From Patescibacteria group bacterium (lineage in GTDB: Bacteria; Patescibacteriota; Microgenomatia; UBA1400; PJMF01), in assembly GCA_039714855.1 (NCBI GenBank), contig JBDLIL010000002.1, forward strand, positions 1 to 44,406: a stretch of DNA of 44,406 nucleotides. Direction: 5' to 3'. The notes under the pieces are model-generated. The model worked only from the letters and a program-made list of their open reading frames with translations, searched no databases and was not told the DNA's origin. A program made the position numbers and the translations under genes. Position 1 is the first letter of the stretch, and each line of letters starts with the position of its first letter. Positions 43,589 through 44,406 of the stretch are shown here, piece by piece.

Positions 43589-44406
43589 ATGAAGGTTTTA
43601 GTCACAGGAGGATGTGGTTTTTTAGGTACAAATATATGCCTTTACTATATAAAAAAAGGTGCTCAAGTTGTTGCGTATGACAATCTGGCCAAACATGAGT
43701 TTTCTAGAAACAAATACATGAAGAAAAGTGCTAGAAATTACAATAGAAAAATTTTAAAAGAAAAAGGAGCAAAAATACTAATCAAGGATATTACAAATAA
43801 AAAAGATTTACTAAGAGCTGCCAAAGGATGTGATTATATATGTCACACAGCCGCCCAGCCAGCAATGACTATATCTTGGGAAGATCCAGAACTAGATTTC
43901 TACAGCAATACTCTAGGAACTTTCAACGTACTAGAGGTAGCCAGAAAATTAGATATACCCGTTGCCATATCTTCAAGCGTGCACACATATGGACCAAAAC
44001 TCATCAACTCTCAATTAAAAGAAAAGAAAACTAGGTATGTCAGAAAACCTGTGTCTATTAATGAGAATGAACCTTTGCTTCAGGGCATGATTACACCACT
44101 ACATGCTTCTAAAAGAAGTAATGAGATATATGCCCAATCTTATATAGATACCTACGATATGAAAATTGCCTGCTTTAGATTAACAGGTATCTATGGACCA
44201 AACCAGTTTGGCGGAGAAGATCACGGATGGGTTGCCAATTTCTCCATTAGAGCCTATTTGGGACTGCCCATTACGCTATTTGGAACAGGCAAGCAATTGC
44301 GAGACATACTTTACGAAACAGATGTAGCTAGAGCTTTCGATGCATTTTATAAAAAACAAATACCAGGGATATACACATTGGGAGGAGGGAAACCCAACAT
44401 GATATC
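43589..44406 (+). CDS. NAD-dependent sugar epimerase, CDP-paratose/tyvelose 2-epimerase-like SDR (3'-truncated by the window edge)
   Basis: This gene is not in the ORF track because it has no stop in the window. ATG at 43589 gives MKVLVTGGCGFLGTNI..., with HTAAQPAMT, an insertion before the YxxxK region (HASKRSNEIY) and FGGEDHGWVANF. The frame stays open to base 44406. Confidence 0.6.
   Translation, partial: MKVLVTGGCGFLGTNICLYYIKKGAQVVAYDNLAKHEFSRNKYMKKSARNYNRKILKEKGAKILIKDITNKKDLLRAAKGCDYICHTAAQPAMTISWEDPELDFYSNTLGTFNVLEVARKLDIPVAISSSVHTYGPKLINSQLKEKKTRYVRKPVSINENEPLLQGMITPLHASKRSNEIYAQSYIDTYDMKIACFRLTGIYGPNQFGGEDHGWVANFSIRAYLGLPITLFGTGKQLRDILYETDVARAFDAFYKKQIPGIYTLGGGKPNMI

Noticed and set aside
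159-44034. The roughly 30 short ORFs (60-108 aa) in the track that lie antisense to, or out of frame within, the long genes. Examples are 159-350, 793-1008, 3190-3411, 5189-5613, 10843-11112, 12072-12317, 16292-16579, 23934-24200, 36562-36801, 36925-37251, 40506-40736 and 43840-44034.
   Set aside because: Each is fully embedded in a much longer ORF that has clear family motifs. Their translations are low-complexity and rich in K/I/F/L/S, as expected from the reverse or shifted frames of AT-rich coding DNA. None has its own start context.
1-44406. Alternative genetic code (UGA read as Gly, as in some candidate phyla).
   Set aside because: TGA ends several genes exactly where the next gene's ATG overlaps it (ATGA at 3513, 14339, 15157, 16263, 23539, 31497, 32624 and 35160). 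The downstream proteins begin with canonical N-terminal GT motifs, so TGA is a stop.
1-44406. CRISPR arrays, tRNA/rRNA genes, transposases, integrases, inverted terminal repeats and phage genes.
   Set aside because: No regularly spaced direct repeats are present, and no intergenic region is longer than about 63 nt that could hold an RNA gene. No ORF has DDE, tyrosine or serine recombinase motifs. The island shows no visible mobility signature inside the window.

Overview
The window is AT-rich and tightly packed, with about 42 CDS, many 4-nt ATGA-type start/stop overlaps and almost no non-coding DNA. It reads as one continuous cell-envelope glycan assembly island. I saw no rRNA, tRNA, CRISPR array, transposase or integrase. 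TGA acts as a normal stop, so this is the standard bacterial code. I recognise 9 GT2 and 4 GT4 cytoplasmic glycosyltransferases. At least 10 polytopic membrane proteins carry GT-C-type signatures: ArnT/PMT-like, YfhO-like, MptB/GT87-like and PIG-V-like. These include a head-to-tail array of four paralogues at 18505-25155. Three further polytopic proteins are unassigned. The island also holds one Wzx-type flippase, one LCP-family ligase and a hexapeptide acetyltransferase. Nucleotide-sugar genes cover dTDP-6-deoxyhexose (rfbB, rfbD-like), GDP-fucose (fcl plus a probable gmd 3' end) and several SDR epimerases/reductases. There is also a 2,3-dehydratase / Gfo-Idh-MocA reductase / SDR cassette predicting a 2,6-dideoxyhexose. 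Two orphan hypothetical genes (11339-12367, minus strand) interrupt the island, and each sits behind a near-identical 30-nt promoter-like element. Gene content and style resemble small-genome Patescibacteria/CPR-type bacteria, but that is inference only. All family calls rest on motif recognition in the translations. No searches were run.
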